Source of the DNA: Eledone cirrhosa
Lineage: Eukaryota
Assembly: GCA_964016885.1 (NCBI GenBank)
Contig: OZ024744.1
Location: 59,706,001-59,770,000, forward strand
Reading direction: 5' to 3'
Length of the DNA stretch: 64,000 bases
The notes beneath the pieces are model-generated. The model was not told the DNA's origin. It did no database searches and was given only the letters and a program-made list of their open reading frames with translations. Both the position numbers and the translations under genes were made by a program. Shown one piece after another: positions 12,200 to 25,732 of this stretch; the first letter of the stretch is position 1, and each line of letters starts with the position of its first letter.

Positions 12200-14302
12200 A
12201 ATAACACAGTATTTGCTAAAGCTAGTCGTCTTGCACCAGATAAGCTTGCAACTACAAAAAAGGAATTCCTTCGCATGGAAGGAATGCGAATAGTAAGACG
12301 CTGAAACTCAGCTTGGTCTTCACCACTTCACATGGTCCCTGAACCAGATGGCATTTGGAGGCTCTGTAAAGATTTTCGTTTCTTCAAAGTCAACTTAACT
12401 GATGATCGTCACCCTCTACCATACATTCAAGATTTCAATAGTCACCTGGCTGGATGTTATATTTTCTCAAAGATTGATTTAGTAAGAGGATACAACCAAA
12501 TACTAATGGCAACGGAATCAATCCCTAAAACAGCAGTCATTACTCCATTTGGATTGTGGAAATTTTTACGGATGTCTTTTGGTTTGAAAAATGCTGCACA
12601 AACTTTCCAGGACTCGTAGATAGTATTCCTCGTGATATTCCTTTCACGTTTGTGTATATTGATGATGCTTTAGTTGCATCTCCTTCAGACAGTGAACATT
12701 TTGATCAAAGGACTTCTCTTCCTTTTATCAACAAATGATATGATAATCAAGAAAAAGAAATGTGTTTTCGGAGTAAAACAGTTTGAATTTTTAGGTCATT
12801 TCATCACAGATCAAAGTATTCAACCACTTCCTTCACATGTTACTTCATTTTGTGAATATCCCACACCAGATTTTCACACTGCCTTCAATCAACTTTGAAT
12901 AACTAGCCAAGGATCAGATAGGAGAAATGGAGTTACCGACGAAAATAACTTATGATAATATCTCTTTAATGTGTGACTTATATACTGGCTACCAAGACCA
13001 ATAATCCCTAATGTGTGGAAGCGCAAGGTTTTTTACTGTTTTCACAAACTTTCTCGTGCAAGTGCTCGTCCTACCCAACATGCAATCTACAAGCGGTCAG
13101 GAATGCGGGAAGTCATAAGAATACACATACATAGCAGAACACCATTAGAGAACGTCAAGCACCCACAGAAAGATTTCAATGTCTACAGGTGGATCTTGTT
13201 CTTTTACCATCCAGTAATTGCATACATCTTTCAATTATTGATAGATTTACAAGATGGCCAGAAGCTAGTCTCCTTCGTGCTCACGGTGAAACATGTGTCT
13301 CAGCACTTCTTTATCATTGGATATCTGGCTTCGGTGTTCCAGAAGATATATCATCAAATAGAGGTCCACAATTTACAACACTTTGGTCAGAACTCGATAA
13401 ATTCCTTGGCATCTCTAGACATGCCACGGCAAGCTATCATCCAATGGCAAATGGAATGATAGAACGCTTCCACTGCCAACTGAAAGCTCCAATAAAAGCC
13501 ATGACTACAAGTGCCAATTGGTATAATGAGCTACCAATAGTTCTGCTTGGTCTCCGATCATTCTAGAGATTTGGACCTAATTGCTCGCCTAATTGCTGAA
13601 CTAGTTTATGGTTTATCACTTCGCCTTCATGGAGAAATGATACAGTCATCATCATCTCACTCTATTGAACCAGATTCTTCTTTTTTGAAAAAGACAATGT
13701 GCTCATTACAAACAACTCAACCTCAGTTTCATGGCAACACATCATCTTATATTCAAAAGAATCTTGCATCATCAAATGTTGTGTATGTAAGATATGATGC
13801 ATACAGGCACTCACTTCAGAGACTATGTGATGGACCATTCAAAATTCTCAAAAAGAGTGACAAGTACATTTTGTTATACATGAAAGGAAAACAATAAAAA
13901 GTATCTATCGACAGGATTAAACATGCCTACATAGAATCTACTACAAGCACAGCAAACCCGTCTCCGAACGCTCCATTTCAACCAGGGACTTCAACAGCTG
14001 TGGTTTTTCCTTCAAACTTATATCTATCCACATCTCCACACAAACTACCACACAACTCAAAATTATCTCGTATAACGCGCTCATAACGAGCTATCAAACT
14101 TCCTTTACGCTATGCAAGTAATGGAGGGAAGTAATGGAGCAACCTCATTTCGTTTCGTTAAAACTTTGTTAGTTCAAATTCTAAGCTGGATATCTCTTAC
14201 TACTTCCTTTTGTTGTCGTTCCTACACCGGTACATGGAATCAAAAACTAGTCACGAATAAATGCACTGACTAACCATCAAACCATCAAACCATCAAACTA
14301 CA
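12200..14302 (+). mobile_element. Gypsy/Ty3 LTR retrotransposon relic (RT, integrase, PPT, 3' LTR)
   Basis: WRLCKDFR, FSKIDLVRGYNQI, KTAVITPFG, FVYIDD (RT). IIDRFTRWPEA, SNRGPQF, YHPMANGMIERFH (integrase). Purine tract at 14122-14134, then a TG...CA segment 14135-14302 containing AATAAA. Confidence 0.9.
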
Positions 14303-14594
14303 ACATTTTACTTTATTATATTTCATTTTCAATATGTGAATAAAGATATTCCAAACCAACCTTCCCACTGTTAAGTGTAAGCGAAATTTTACAATATATA
14401 TATATATATATATATCTAGGAAAAACTTGAACCGTTATAACTTAACTTCCTGGTTATGTCAATATTTATAAAACAAACTTTGTATTTTATCTGATGAGAG
14501 CGTACCAAAGTTTTGGTACCCTTATAATAGAATATACCCGCATAATAGAATAAATATGGTTTTATAAATATAGTTTCCATTTATTTAATATCGT

Positions 14595-14701
<107 letters not shown>

Positions 14702-15049
14702 GTGTGTGTGCGTGGATGTGTATTTTTGTAGAAGAAAAAAGCACTAGTGGCTTGTCTGAAAATATATACGTCTGTTGGTCAGTTGTGTAAAAGTAGTTGG
14801 TATGCGTTGGATAGCGACATTTTGTGTATGTGTGTATATGCGCGTTAATATATGTATGCACATGTGACTGCGGATCTGTTGTGTGAGGCGTGACGTTTAT
14901 TCGGGAAAGTTAGTATGTATGTGTATACATGTAAATACTTGTAAACACAGATAACACACACACACACACATACGAGACACATGCCCACACACAATTCTCC
15001 CCTCACACTCACACAAGATCCACACACACACACACAAATAACGACCATA

Positions 15050-15356
15050 TTACGTGATTGGTACCTATTTTTTCGATCTCGGAAGGATGAAAATATTGAT
15101 CTCGGCGGGATGTGAACTCAAAACGCAAAGACCCGGAACAAATACCGCAAATCATTTTCTCCGACGCTTCAACGGTATTGTCAATCTACCGTACAGGCGG
15201 TGAATTGGCAGAGTCGTTAGAGCGTCGGATAGAATGTTTTGCGGTATTTGTTTCTACTCTCTGCTCTCCGAGTTCAAATCCCACCGAGGTCAACTTTGAC
15301 TTTCATCCATTCAAAGTCGATAAAAAAGTACAAGTCTAGTACCGGGGGTCGATTCT

Positions 15357-15360
<4 letters not shown>
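15050..15360. mobile_element. Two divergently oriented SINE copies (minus 15050-15190, plus 15195-15360)
   Basis: B-box and core present on opposite strands. Confidence 0.75.
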
Positions 15361-15422
<62 letters not shown>

Positions 15423-15852
15423 GAAGAAATCTTCTGTATTCAAACCTGGAAAGTGATGAGCTCCGCCAGGTTCAAATAACGCCCTAGACTACGGACTTGC
15501 CATGTTGGGGCACTGCATTGAAGGGATTTATTCGACCATATCAACCTCAGTGCTTATTTTTTAACACAAACCCACGTCCTGACACGGACACACACACGCA
15601 GGCACACATAACAAACATACACACACACACGTGTGTGTGTGTGTGTATATATATATATATTATATATGTCTATGTGTATCACCAGGACTGAACAAGTCTG
15701 ATTCACAGCCTTGGGTCCTATCCCCCTCTTGGATTCAATTCACCTCCCCAATTTCTCTAATACCCAGTCCATTATCACACCCCTAGATTCCTATCGCTTT
15801 CTCTTAATAATTAACATCTTCTCTTACAACTAATACAGGCCGACTATATATA

Positions 15853-18540
15853 GCCATCGTCAACAATAGATGGTGCTACTCTCTCAAGAGAGCAATTAGA
15901 GTAGAGTCGATAGACTTTAGCAGAGAACTAGCCTTAGAGAAAAACAAAACAGAAACGGAACTAGTAGCCAAGGTAGAGGAGGCGCTTAAGAGTGGCAACG
16001 CAACTAGAGTTCTAGCAACGAGAACGGCACTGGACCAGTTCTTCGATGCGAAACACGAAGGCTGCGTGGTCAGAAGTAAATCACGTGCTCTAGGAAACGA
16101 GGGAGCAAAAGCTGTAAGCTGGGCCCGAGCGGCAGAGGCGAAAAGTGGCAACAAGTCCACGATTCGGTCTTTGAAAGACCAAAACGAACGCGTGCTACTT
16201 GACTCCAAGCGGATGTACACGACTTTTCAGCGGCACTTCGAGCAGAGCGACGGTGTGCCGTACGGGAAAATGGACTTCAGTTCATACCTCGACGGCCTGC
16301 CGCGTATCTCGAACACGGACGCCGTGTTCTGCGAAAGACTGATTACAGCCACTGAGATACGGGACGCTCTGGGCCGCTGCGGGAAACGCAAGTCACCCGG
16401 TCTAGATGGTCTAGCCTATGAGTTTTACATAGGCATGCTGGACTTGTTCTCTGGCGTCCTCGAAGCCGTCTACTGCAACTGGCAGCTGAACGCGAGAATT
16501 CCCAGTTCTGCAGGCAGGGGCGTAGTAACGCTGATCAGGAAAGACGAGAACAAGGGGGACGAACTAAGCAACTTTAGGCCCATAACTCTGCTCAACACAG
16601 AGTTAAAGATTTTGGCCAAGGTGTTAGCAACGAGGCTGGCCTTTGTCGTCGAGAACCTGGTAGGGAAAGCGCAAACGTGTGCAATCACGACCAGGTCCAT
16701 ACACAGCAACCTCCACCTCATACGATACATCATAGAGAGGGCGAGGTGTAAACCCGGTTATCGGTGGGACTCTGATCAATTTAGATTAGTCTAAGGCGTT
16801 CGATAGTTGGAAGCGGTTCTCAAGGCGGCCGGCTTCGGACCCATCTTCTGCTCGACGGTCAAAGTGAACGGCTACCTATCGGAGCCGTTCGCAATCACGC
16901 GTTCCATCAGACAGGCATGCCCTCTCTCCTCCATTCTGTACATACTGACTCTAGAGCCACTACTGCGGAAGTTATAGCTTCTGCAGGGAATCCCGTTGGA
17001 ACCGGGACTGCGGAAAGCGGCGTCGGCTTATGCCGACGACGTGACAGTGATGGTGTCGGAAACCTCGGAAATCGGAGCAATCGGCAACTTACTGCAGGAA
17101 TACGAAAGGCTCACAGGAGCAAAACTGAACCGGGACAAGTCTGTCGGTTTGCAACTCGGAACGTGGAGAGGCAAACAGATGCCATCCAACAGCGTTGTCG
17201 GACGGTTGACGGAAGGACCGGTGAAATTTCTCGGGGTCTGGTTCGGTCCGGACCTCCAGGTGGAGAAAAACTGGAACGTGGTCACGGCCAAGGTGTTTGC
17301 GCTCACCCTGAAGTGGGCAGAGTGCAAACAATCCTCGAAAGGTCGAGCAGAGGTGGCGAACACTTTCATAGCGTCCGTTATCTACTACCGCTTGACCGTC
17401 GTGCCTTGTCCCTAAGATGGAACGCATGCTCTTCCAGTTCCTTTGGAAGAGGCAGGCTCCACTGGGGAGGAGATCCGTCTGCTGTCAACGGAGGGCTGGG
17501 AATGCCGTGGTTGATGACGCGCAAACACACGCTGAGGCTACCGCATATCCAGGTATTCCTCACCGAACGACCGGTGTAGGCCTCGTTTGTGAGACAGGCT
17601 TTTCCGCAACTTATCTCGATGACGGAGCTGCAGTCCTGGGTCAAGCGGAGACCGAAGAAAATGGGCGCCTGGCACATTGAATGCGCTCAGGCGCTCACAG
17701 TCCTCTTCCAAGTGGGCACAGCAATAAGTGGAGGCTCCACTTCGACATTCTATAGAGGGTTAGTACGTTACAAGTGCGACGACGTGCTCGGAGAGTCGCT
17801 GGGCGTCGAAGACGACGAGCTCATCAGTCTTTTCAGTAGGACTTTCCGCCCGGGACCCATGGACAACTTCCAGGGGTCCCTGGCCTGGCAGTGCTACCGA
17901 GGAGCTCTACCAGTTCGAGACAAGATCTACAGGCACGGACGCCCCGGAAGGGATCCTTCCAAGAGGACGTGTCCAAGATGCGAGCAGGACATTGAAACCG
18001 TCTTGCAGGCAATTGTACACTGCCCGGACCTAACCGACCTGTGGAGCTATGCAGAACAACTGCTGTCACGTATGGGACAAATCCAGTTGATTGCCGAGTC
18101 CATAGTAAGAATCAAACCGCCAACTTCTTTCAAAAACGAAAGAGAGGCGGTTTTCCTCTGTGTAGTGGCTATGGTAAAAGAGATTATATGGTGGACGAGA
18201 TTGAGAGGACTGAGGACAGATGCCGTTCTCTCCGGACAACAACTCATTCCCTTCTTTAGGTACCACTTTAGAAGGAGAATCAGAGTTGAGAGAGAGGCAC
18301 TGCACTCCAGTAAATTTACTAAAAGGAGGAAAGGAGCACAACACGCTCCTGGAGTTGAGGGTTGTTATATCTACGGGATATTAAACAACCCATTTGTAAC
18401 GCCTCGCCCTATTGGGGATTTCGATTGTTGAATTTGTTTGTTTAAAATTTTCTTTTTACACGATTATATATAAAATCCCCGGCATATGTCCTTGTATTGT
18501 CCCCTTTTCATGTGCGCCCTTGTGGCAAATAAAGAAATAT
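15853..18540 (+). mobile_element. 5'-truncated Tx1-clade LINE (RT, C-terminal CCHC finger, 3' UTR)
   Basis: ORFs 16066-16794 (KSPGLDGL, NFRPITLLN), 16996-17415 (AYADD, VKFLGV) and 17589-18431 (CPRC...HCP). Ends GCCCTTGTGGCAAATAAAGAAAT. Both junctions are in short (TA)n. Confidence 0.92.
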
Positions 18541-18651
18541 ATATATGCACACACACTCTTTTACTCACATATACACACACATTCCTTAGCTTCGTACGGA
18601 CGTATAACTCACACACACGCACGCACGCACTCACACACACACACACGCACG

Positions 18652-18746
<95 letters not shown>

Positions 18747-18992
18747 ACACACACACACACATGCTTGCGCACGTGCACAAGTATATCTCTTTTTGCAAAA
18801 TGTTTTTTTCCATTTCAGGTAGACGCGCTCCATCATTCACTTTTCTAAATAAAATAAATCATACACAAAACGCCAGCACCAACAGTTTTCCCATAGATGT
18901 CAACATGAATGGACCTGTTTTTTTTTTATCTAAATACATTTTTTCCAATTCCAATCCGCCCATCCCCTCAATCTATCTTAATTCTCATTCTT

Positions 18993-19028
18993 TCTTCTGA
19001 TGAAGGACTAGCGTCGAAAATGTTAAGA
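18993..19028 (+). ncRNA. Degenerate minimal hammerhead ribozyme
   Basis: TCTT-CTGATGA-AG-GAC(TAGC)GTC-GAAA-ATGTT-AAGA. Stem I is TCTT/AAGA and stem III is imperfect. Confidence 0.5.
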
Positions 19029-19869
19029 CCCTCTTCCTGCTATATCAAGCGTTAACTTAATATATCTCTTCCATATACTGTACCGATTGTGTTGTTATTT
19101 CTGTTTACCTTTTACACACACTCCGTGAATGGTTGCCAAAAACATATATATATATCTATGACTCTGTCTAGTTTATATGTATATACCCTTTAAATTTTTT
19201 ATACTGCAGTAAGGTTGAGTAAAAATTTAGGCAGTATTCGGCTGCGCTTTCTAGCAACCAGCCTACTCGCCGACAGGCACCAATCACAAACTTTCTTCCT
19301 TGACCACGTGATGATTCTTAGCCATTTTGAATTCGTTTCTGGCGGGGATCATGTAAGAAAAATCTTTGTCCAATTGAGTTATCTCCTGATGATTTCCAAA
19401 CCTGGTTGATTTATCCAAGATAGGATATTTCCAAAAATGGAATGAAACCGCCGGGGGTAGAGATATTTTGATGATTTTGGTATGTTTATGTACATTTTTT
19501 CTTCTAACTGTGATTTTGTACCTAATTATGTATAGTTAACTATATATCTAGTCAATTTCTACAGGCTATTAGGAATACTAGGTAAATTTTCTGTAGCTAT
19601 GAGTCGCGGATAAGAAGCTATATCATTTATCTATTGTTTCTTCATAAGTACATTTTAAACTTATAGCCTCGTTTAAATGATTTTTTGTGTGGTTGATTTA
19701 TGCTGATTGGGAGAAGAAATACTGTATATATTTTATCTAATGATTCTATGGACTTACTTTTTATTTATTGCTCTGATTATTAATTATTTAATTAATTCTT
19801 CATCGAGCCACACCGTGAATGGTTGCCAAAAACATATATATATATCTATGACTCTGTATATACCCTTTA

Positions 19870-19935
<66 letters not shown>

Positions 19936-21637
19936 GCGCGCACACACACACACATACACACACACCTTTAAATTTATCCAATTAGATGTTCGTAAATATA
20001 GAACTACACCTTAATTAAAAAACCACACCAACCTATATCCTGTCCGATATTTCTCCTTAGTTAATAAACCCCTTCTTTGATCTCTCACCTAATACAATTC
20101 TAATAACCAAATAAACAAATAATATATAACACCCTAATATATAACAATATATAACACTAACCAAATAGCAGACAGCTGTGTATATAATACCAATTACTCC
20201 AGTATATATTATACAATTACCTATCTTGTTATAAAAAACTTCAACTCTCTCTGCACAATCTGAATATATATATATACATTCTCACACATATATTTATATA
20301 TTATATTATATATACATATATAAACAATATAAAACCCTATCTAGTTATTAAAAAAAAAAATGAACTCTCTCCACACAAGTTGAAAAGATAAGAATAACAA
20401 ATAGTTTTTTTTATATAATTAATAACCAATAATAATATTTTATATTTTATAAATATTAATTTATAATACTACTACGATAATAAAACAACCCAGAATGTAT
20501 CAACAACCTTAATTACCTCCCTTTGTTATTAACCTCCTTCACAACTTCCTATGTAAATTCATAAAATTAAGTTGCCTCACGGTTTAGTAGCAACTTAACG
20601 ATTAATGCAAACCCTAATAATCCTTAATAGATAATTTTAAGATAGGAATGCATAGTATAATATACTTACTATAACAACATGGCCTGTAATTTTGTGGAAT
20701 TTACCTTTACCAAACACATACCTATTAGCTATAAACAACTAAAAAAAATTACATCTCAAACTAAAAGAATTCCATAGTTAATACATCTGAGTTACAACCA
20801 ACATATACATCTATATACGAACTACAATATAAAAACACTTGAGTGAAAATTACCTACCCAATTCTATCACGTGCTTTGCATTACACCTCACATAACATAT
20901 ACCTATTTTATCACCACATGTCTCCTTACCATATAGCACGCCATTTTAAACATTTCTAACACTTATAACATGTTTTAACATTCTACACGAAATATGCTTA
21001 TTTCAGCTGTAATATAACTCTTTCCTCATACATGCCTTATTGATTGTATTGACTCCTACATTGTATATCCCTAACATTACCTGATCTCCAATGCTAAGAT
21101 ATCTTATACTGTTTCTCTCTTTCTCTCTTACTGCTCCCCCGTTCTCTCTGTTTCTCTTACCTTCTTTCGCCCTCTCTGTCAGTTACACTTTTTCTCTCGA
21201 CTGACCTCTTCCTCGCACTTCCACTCACTCACTCTCTGTTTCTCCCCTTCTCACTTCCTCCCGTTCGCTAGTAGTGGGGTTCCTTCTTTCTCACACCGCA
21301 TTCACGGCGTACGGTCTGCTTCTCTGACCGCTCATGAAATTCACCCAGCTTATGCTGATCGGATAACTATCATGTGGCTTGTTGTTTTCACAACCTTCGG
21401 TTTGCTTTTCCTTCTGTTGTTTACTTGTCTCACTCGCTTTACGCGTTTCACTTGTCCCAATAGCTTATTTTAGTTATTGCTCGCACCAACCTGAGGTATC
21501 TGATTTTTAATGCGATGAAATACCAATGATGGTTTGCAAATCACTGATGAGGGACTAATTTTATAATATGTAATCCACGTGCAACCATGCAGTATTCTTC
21601 TCCCCTTGTTTTTCATATATATATATATATAGATATA

Positions 21638-22105
21638 TAAAATAAAGTTAAATAAAAGTCAAATGTTTAAAATTTAGCTTCGTTTATTACTGCTATATAT
21701 ATTTCAGTGACAGCCATCATTGGCTGTGACCTCTTCAGGCAGTTTGAATTAGTATCGTATAGACAAGTACATATGTTGTTTAGGTGTATAATATTGTCAA
21801 TACTCTGATATGCCCAGTTCCTCAGTGAAATAACAACCCAACAAGGAACTGGGCATATCAGAGTATTGACAATATTATACACCTAAACAACATATGTACT
21901 TGTCTATACGATACTAATTCAAACTGCCTGAAGAGGTCACAGCCAAAGATGGCTGTCACTGAAATATATATAGCAGTAATAAACGAAGCTAAATTTTAAT
22001 CATTTGACTTTTATTTAACTTTATTTTACACTACTCCGGAGTAACCAAACCAACCTGCGCACTTCATCGAGTGCTCCAGCCTGCATACTGAGGTGTTGGT
22101 ATACA
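21638..22105 (+). mobile_element. Fold-back PLE-type pseudo-LTR module in (TA)n: arms 21638-21822 and 21844-22028, right arm runs on to ~22105
   Basis: Near-perfect 185-bp inverted repeat with a 21-nt spacer. Same family as 31571-31890. Confidence 0.85.
21923..21977 (+). ncRNA. Minimal type I hammerhead ribozyme (mirror copy on minus strand 21689-21743)
   Basis: ACTGC-CTGAAGA-GGTCACAGCCA(AAGA)TGGCTGTCACT-GAAA-TATATA-TA-GCAGT. Complete core, stems I and II pair, stem III is palindromic. Confidence 0.88.
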
Positions 22106-22149
22106 ACCAACATAAACTCAAAATCTATATATATATATATATATATGAC

Positions 22150-22295
22150 ATATTTCTACAGTTTCCGCCAGTCAAGTTTCACTCAAAAAAGCATTGGTCA
22201 AACCACTTGCCTAAGATTCCATGCAGTGGGACTGAATCCGAAACGACGGGGTTGTGAAGCGTATACTTTAACAACACAGCCGAACCTGTGTCTAT
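22150..22295 (-). mobile_element. Degenerate tRNA/CORE-type SINE (related copy ~30680-30830)
   Basis: CCACTTGCCTAAG...GCAGTGGGACTGAA...ACACAGCC is the reverse complement of a tRNA-like head plus a CORE-like segment. Confidence 0.6.
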
Positions 22296-23149
22296 AATTC
22301 TCAATAGTTTGACGAGTTTCATTATGCTGCAACTTCGAGTTAAAAATCCTGATAGTCAGGTCACAGTTCTCACCTTAGTCCGAAAACAAAGATTCAGCTT
22401 AAACATGTAAATTAACTTTGAGATAGTAATTCTTATTTTCTTTAAATTATCTCCCTATTTTCATTTAGTATCACTACCAATTGCCGCTATATCCTTTCAT
22501 TCTTTTACTGGTTACACTCATCAAACAGCAGTCATATTGGAGCACCGCCTTGATTGAATAAATCACATCAAGCTCCCCCCCCCCCCCGTACTTATTTTTT
22601 TAAAGTTTTACATATTTTATCGATCTCATTTTGTCTAACCACTAATGTTTCGGGACGTGAACACAGACACTGACAGACAGAAAGGTAAACATAGAGGCGG
22701 AGACACACACACGTACACCAACACGCATACACATGCATATATATATGCATGTGTGTGTGTGTGTGTGTGTTTGTACGTATAAAACAGGCTTCTGTAGTTT
22801 CCTCTCTACAAATTGCACTCACAAGGCTTTTTTTTTTTTTTTTTTTTTTGACAGCCTGTAAAATAGGAATTTCAATTAATTAATTGCTTGGGGTGAGCAA
22901 AGAAAAAATAAACATCATACTTTAATTTAAGTTTTTGTATCGACGCTTCCTGAAACGTCGACATGCTCTAGACTAAAACCATTATTCCATCTGTAAAAAG
23001 TAGCAGCTAAAACTCTCTTAAAATACACTGTACCACCGTTTAATTATTTTAAATGACATATTGAATAGTGTTTTCTGGTGTATAATGTATGATTAAACCG
23101 ACGGGATAACCACAAATGGAACGTCTTTGATCATAGGTGTGCTCGATTT

Positions 23150-23355
23150 GGAATAGCAACATCAACATCATCAACAACATCAACTACAAACGCAGCAACA
23201 ACAATAACAAACATAGTACCATCAACAGCTACAACAACTTCAACAACGACAACAGCAGCAACATAGCCGCCATCATAATCATCATCACCACCATCATCAC
23301 CACCACCACCACCACCACCACCACATCATCATCATCATCATCATCAACAACAATA
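23150..23355. repeat. Compound (CAA)/(CAC)/(CAT) trinucleotide tract; (TAC)n also at 23804-23870
   Basis: Direct inspection. Confidence 0.9.
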
Positions 23356-23803
23356 TTAATTTTGAATTGTGTTATTCACAAACCAGTAACTAGGGATTGC
23401 GTTTACTTTATCAGATAAGCTAAAAAAACTGAAAGGGGCAAAAAACCCATGAAAGAATGAAGGGGGTGGTGGTGTTGGGGTAGTAGTGAAGAAGTAGTGA
23501 AGTAGGGGTGCGGTAGTAAAGATGCATGTCAGCAGGATGATTGCTGAAAATTCGGTGAGAAATTCTTCTGCATTTCTCTGTAACCTCGGTAAAAATTCGG
23601 TAAACCCAGTTCCAAAGGTACATGTGTAAACATAGATAGGGGATTCTACATACTGATAGGGAACTTAGATCTTCTTCTGCTTCTTCTTCTTGCATTTATT
23701 TTTTCCTGTACCAAATATTCCTGTGCATCTTTTGATATTATATTTTTACATAAGTCTGGAAGGGAATTTGGCAAAAAAGCAGCATCAATGAAACTGTTTT
23801 GTT

Positions 23804-23872
<69 letters not shown>

Positions 23873-23891
23873 TCTCTTTTATATATGTATA

Positions 23892-24762
23892 CTAGCAGAA
23901 TGGCCCGGCGTTGCTCGGGATTCTAAACATAGATTGGCATGTTTATCCCTCCTTTCTGAAACAGTTTCGTCGTATGTTCACCAATTGATGCAGAAATCCT
24001 AATAAAAAGTGAAGTCACCTTGGGTGAATAGGCAAATAAATTTCCATTATGATTTTTCAAAAGCATGTAATTGCGTTCCCTCTCTTTTTTGTTGTTGTTT
24101 TTTTCTGCTGTTGGTGTGATAGCGGCCGTTGGTCGTACTACTAACACAGTCTGATCCTTCTTCAGCCAATCGTGTATATCCCCTTCTGCCCCGTCAGAAA
24201 TGAGAACAATATTTGCTCTAGGGTTCTTATATATTTTATATATATTTATCCTTATCGAGCCCCGTGAAATAAATACGTTTGTTTATATTTCGTTATTGTG
24301 TATGCAAAACTATCTGTACACGAATATATAATTATATATATATTTATATATTAAAATAACAGATTAAAGTTTAAGCAAAGAATCGCTGCTTTCACCCTTA
24401 ACGGGATCTTCTGAAACTAAAAAAAAATTAATCTGTGAACGCAGAAGTAAATATTTTGAAAAACGTTACACACTATATATATATACACACACTCTATATA
24501 TATATATACATATATACACACACACACACACACAGATAGTGTCATAATGTCGTAATGCAGACAGCTAGACATACAGACAGATATTATAAGGGCGCGACGC
24601 TATAGCTATCTAATGCGGTCCCTAGGACCTTGATAATTTGAAATATTCTTTGCTCAAAACACTCACACGACCATAAGTGTAAAGTTTGAAAAAAATTGGT
24701 TGGGTGGTTCTCGGGTTTTAGAAAGACAGACAGACAGACATTCTCTGTTTTAGATATATAGA
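23892..24762 (-). mobile_element. Non-autonomous Helitron-like element
   Basis: Minus strand: 5' TCTATATAT...(TGTC)n, 3' hairpin CCCGAGCAACGCCGGG, then CTAG followed by T. Confidence 0.8.
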
Positions 24763-24798
24763 CTAGCAGAAAACCACCCGGGGGCGGTTTTCTGCTAG

Positions 24799-25324
24799 TC
24801 TATATATCTAAAACAGAGAATGTCTGTCTGTCTGTCAGCTCACTAAAACTTGAGAACCATCCAACCGATTGTTTTCAAACTTTAGACATGTAATACTTAT
24901 GGTCCTGTGAGTGTTTTGAGCAAAAATTATTTCAAATTTTCAATGCCCTAGGGACCGCATTAGGAAATTTAGCGTTCTCTCTATATAATTCTTAGTCTTT
25001 CTTTTTAGATAGATACATAGATATAACGTTGCGCCCTTATAATATCTGTCTGTATGTCTGGCTGTCTGCATTACGTCATTATGACGCGCTCAGCGCGATT
25101 CCCTCGGCCTCAGTGACCAAAGTCAGTGGAGAGGGGAAGGTAATGTTTCTGTAGCACGTGTTTTAGCGTCTATTCACTCTCTCTCTCTCTCTCTCCCTCT
25201 CTCCCTCCCGCTATCCCCCTCTTGTAGTCTGTCTCTTTCTTTCACTCTCACTCTCTCTCTACGCACGTGTTTCCACTGTCGGACAGACAGACAGAGAAAT
25301 TGCTGGTTATATATATAAGTAGAT
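24799..25324. mobile_element. Second Helitron-like 5' part (plus, 24799-~25090) and third 5' end (minus, ~25100-25324)
   Basis: TCTATATATCTAAAACAGAGAA(TGTC)n starts at 24799. GACAGACAG...TATATATAAGTAGA lies at 25282-25323. Confidence 0.7.
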
Positions 25325-25366
25325 ATAACAAAATTTGTTTTGGCTCTTAACGCGGTGGATACCTAA

Positions 25367-25721
25367 TATTAGTAATATCCAGTTTGTTTACAAGTAAAAC
25401 ACCACCCTTTTGTTCCAGCGGTAGCTGAGAGAAAAAAATCGACAATTAACAATTGTTTCGGAGTGTCTTGCTCCTTGTCAAGATTGTGTACTCTCCTCGC
25501 TTACTACTCGCTGGAACTGCTGAGAATACATAGTATTCTCAAATGTATACATTGGCTAATTAGTCTCAGTTTTATACCGAGCAATTTCGGTAATACAATT
25601 ACGGCCGGCTTTGCCGAAAATTAAAAAGCAAAATTTGGACCAAAAAGATGACGGCGCCATCTCTACCACGTGGTGTTTTATGAAGCTGTTTACTTGTAAA
25701 CCCACTGAATATTGATGATAT
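25367..25721. mobile_element. MITE-like element with ~33-bp imperfect TIRs; inverted partial copy at 25960-26085
   Basis: TATTAGTAATATCCAGTTTGTTTACAAGTAAA versus TTTACTTGTAAACCCACTGAATATTGATGATA. 25480-25625 matches the reverse complement of 25960-26080. Confidence 0.6.
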
Positions 25722-25732
25722 GATATTATAGG

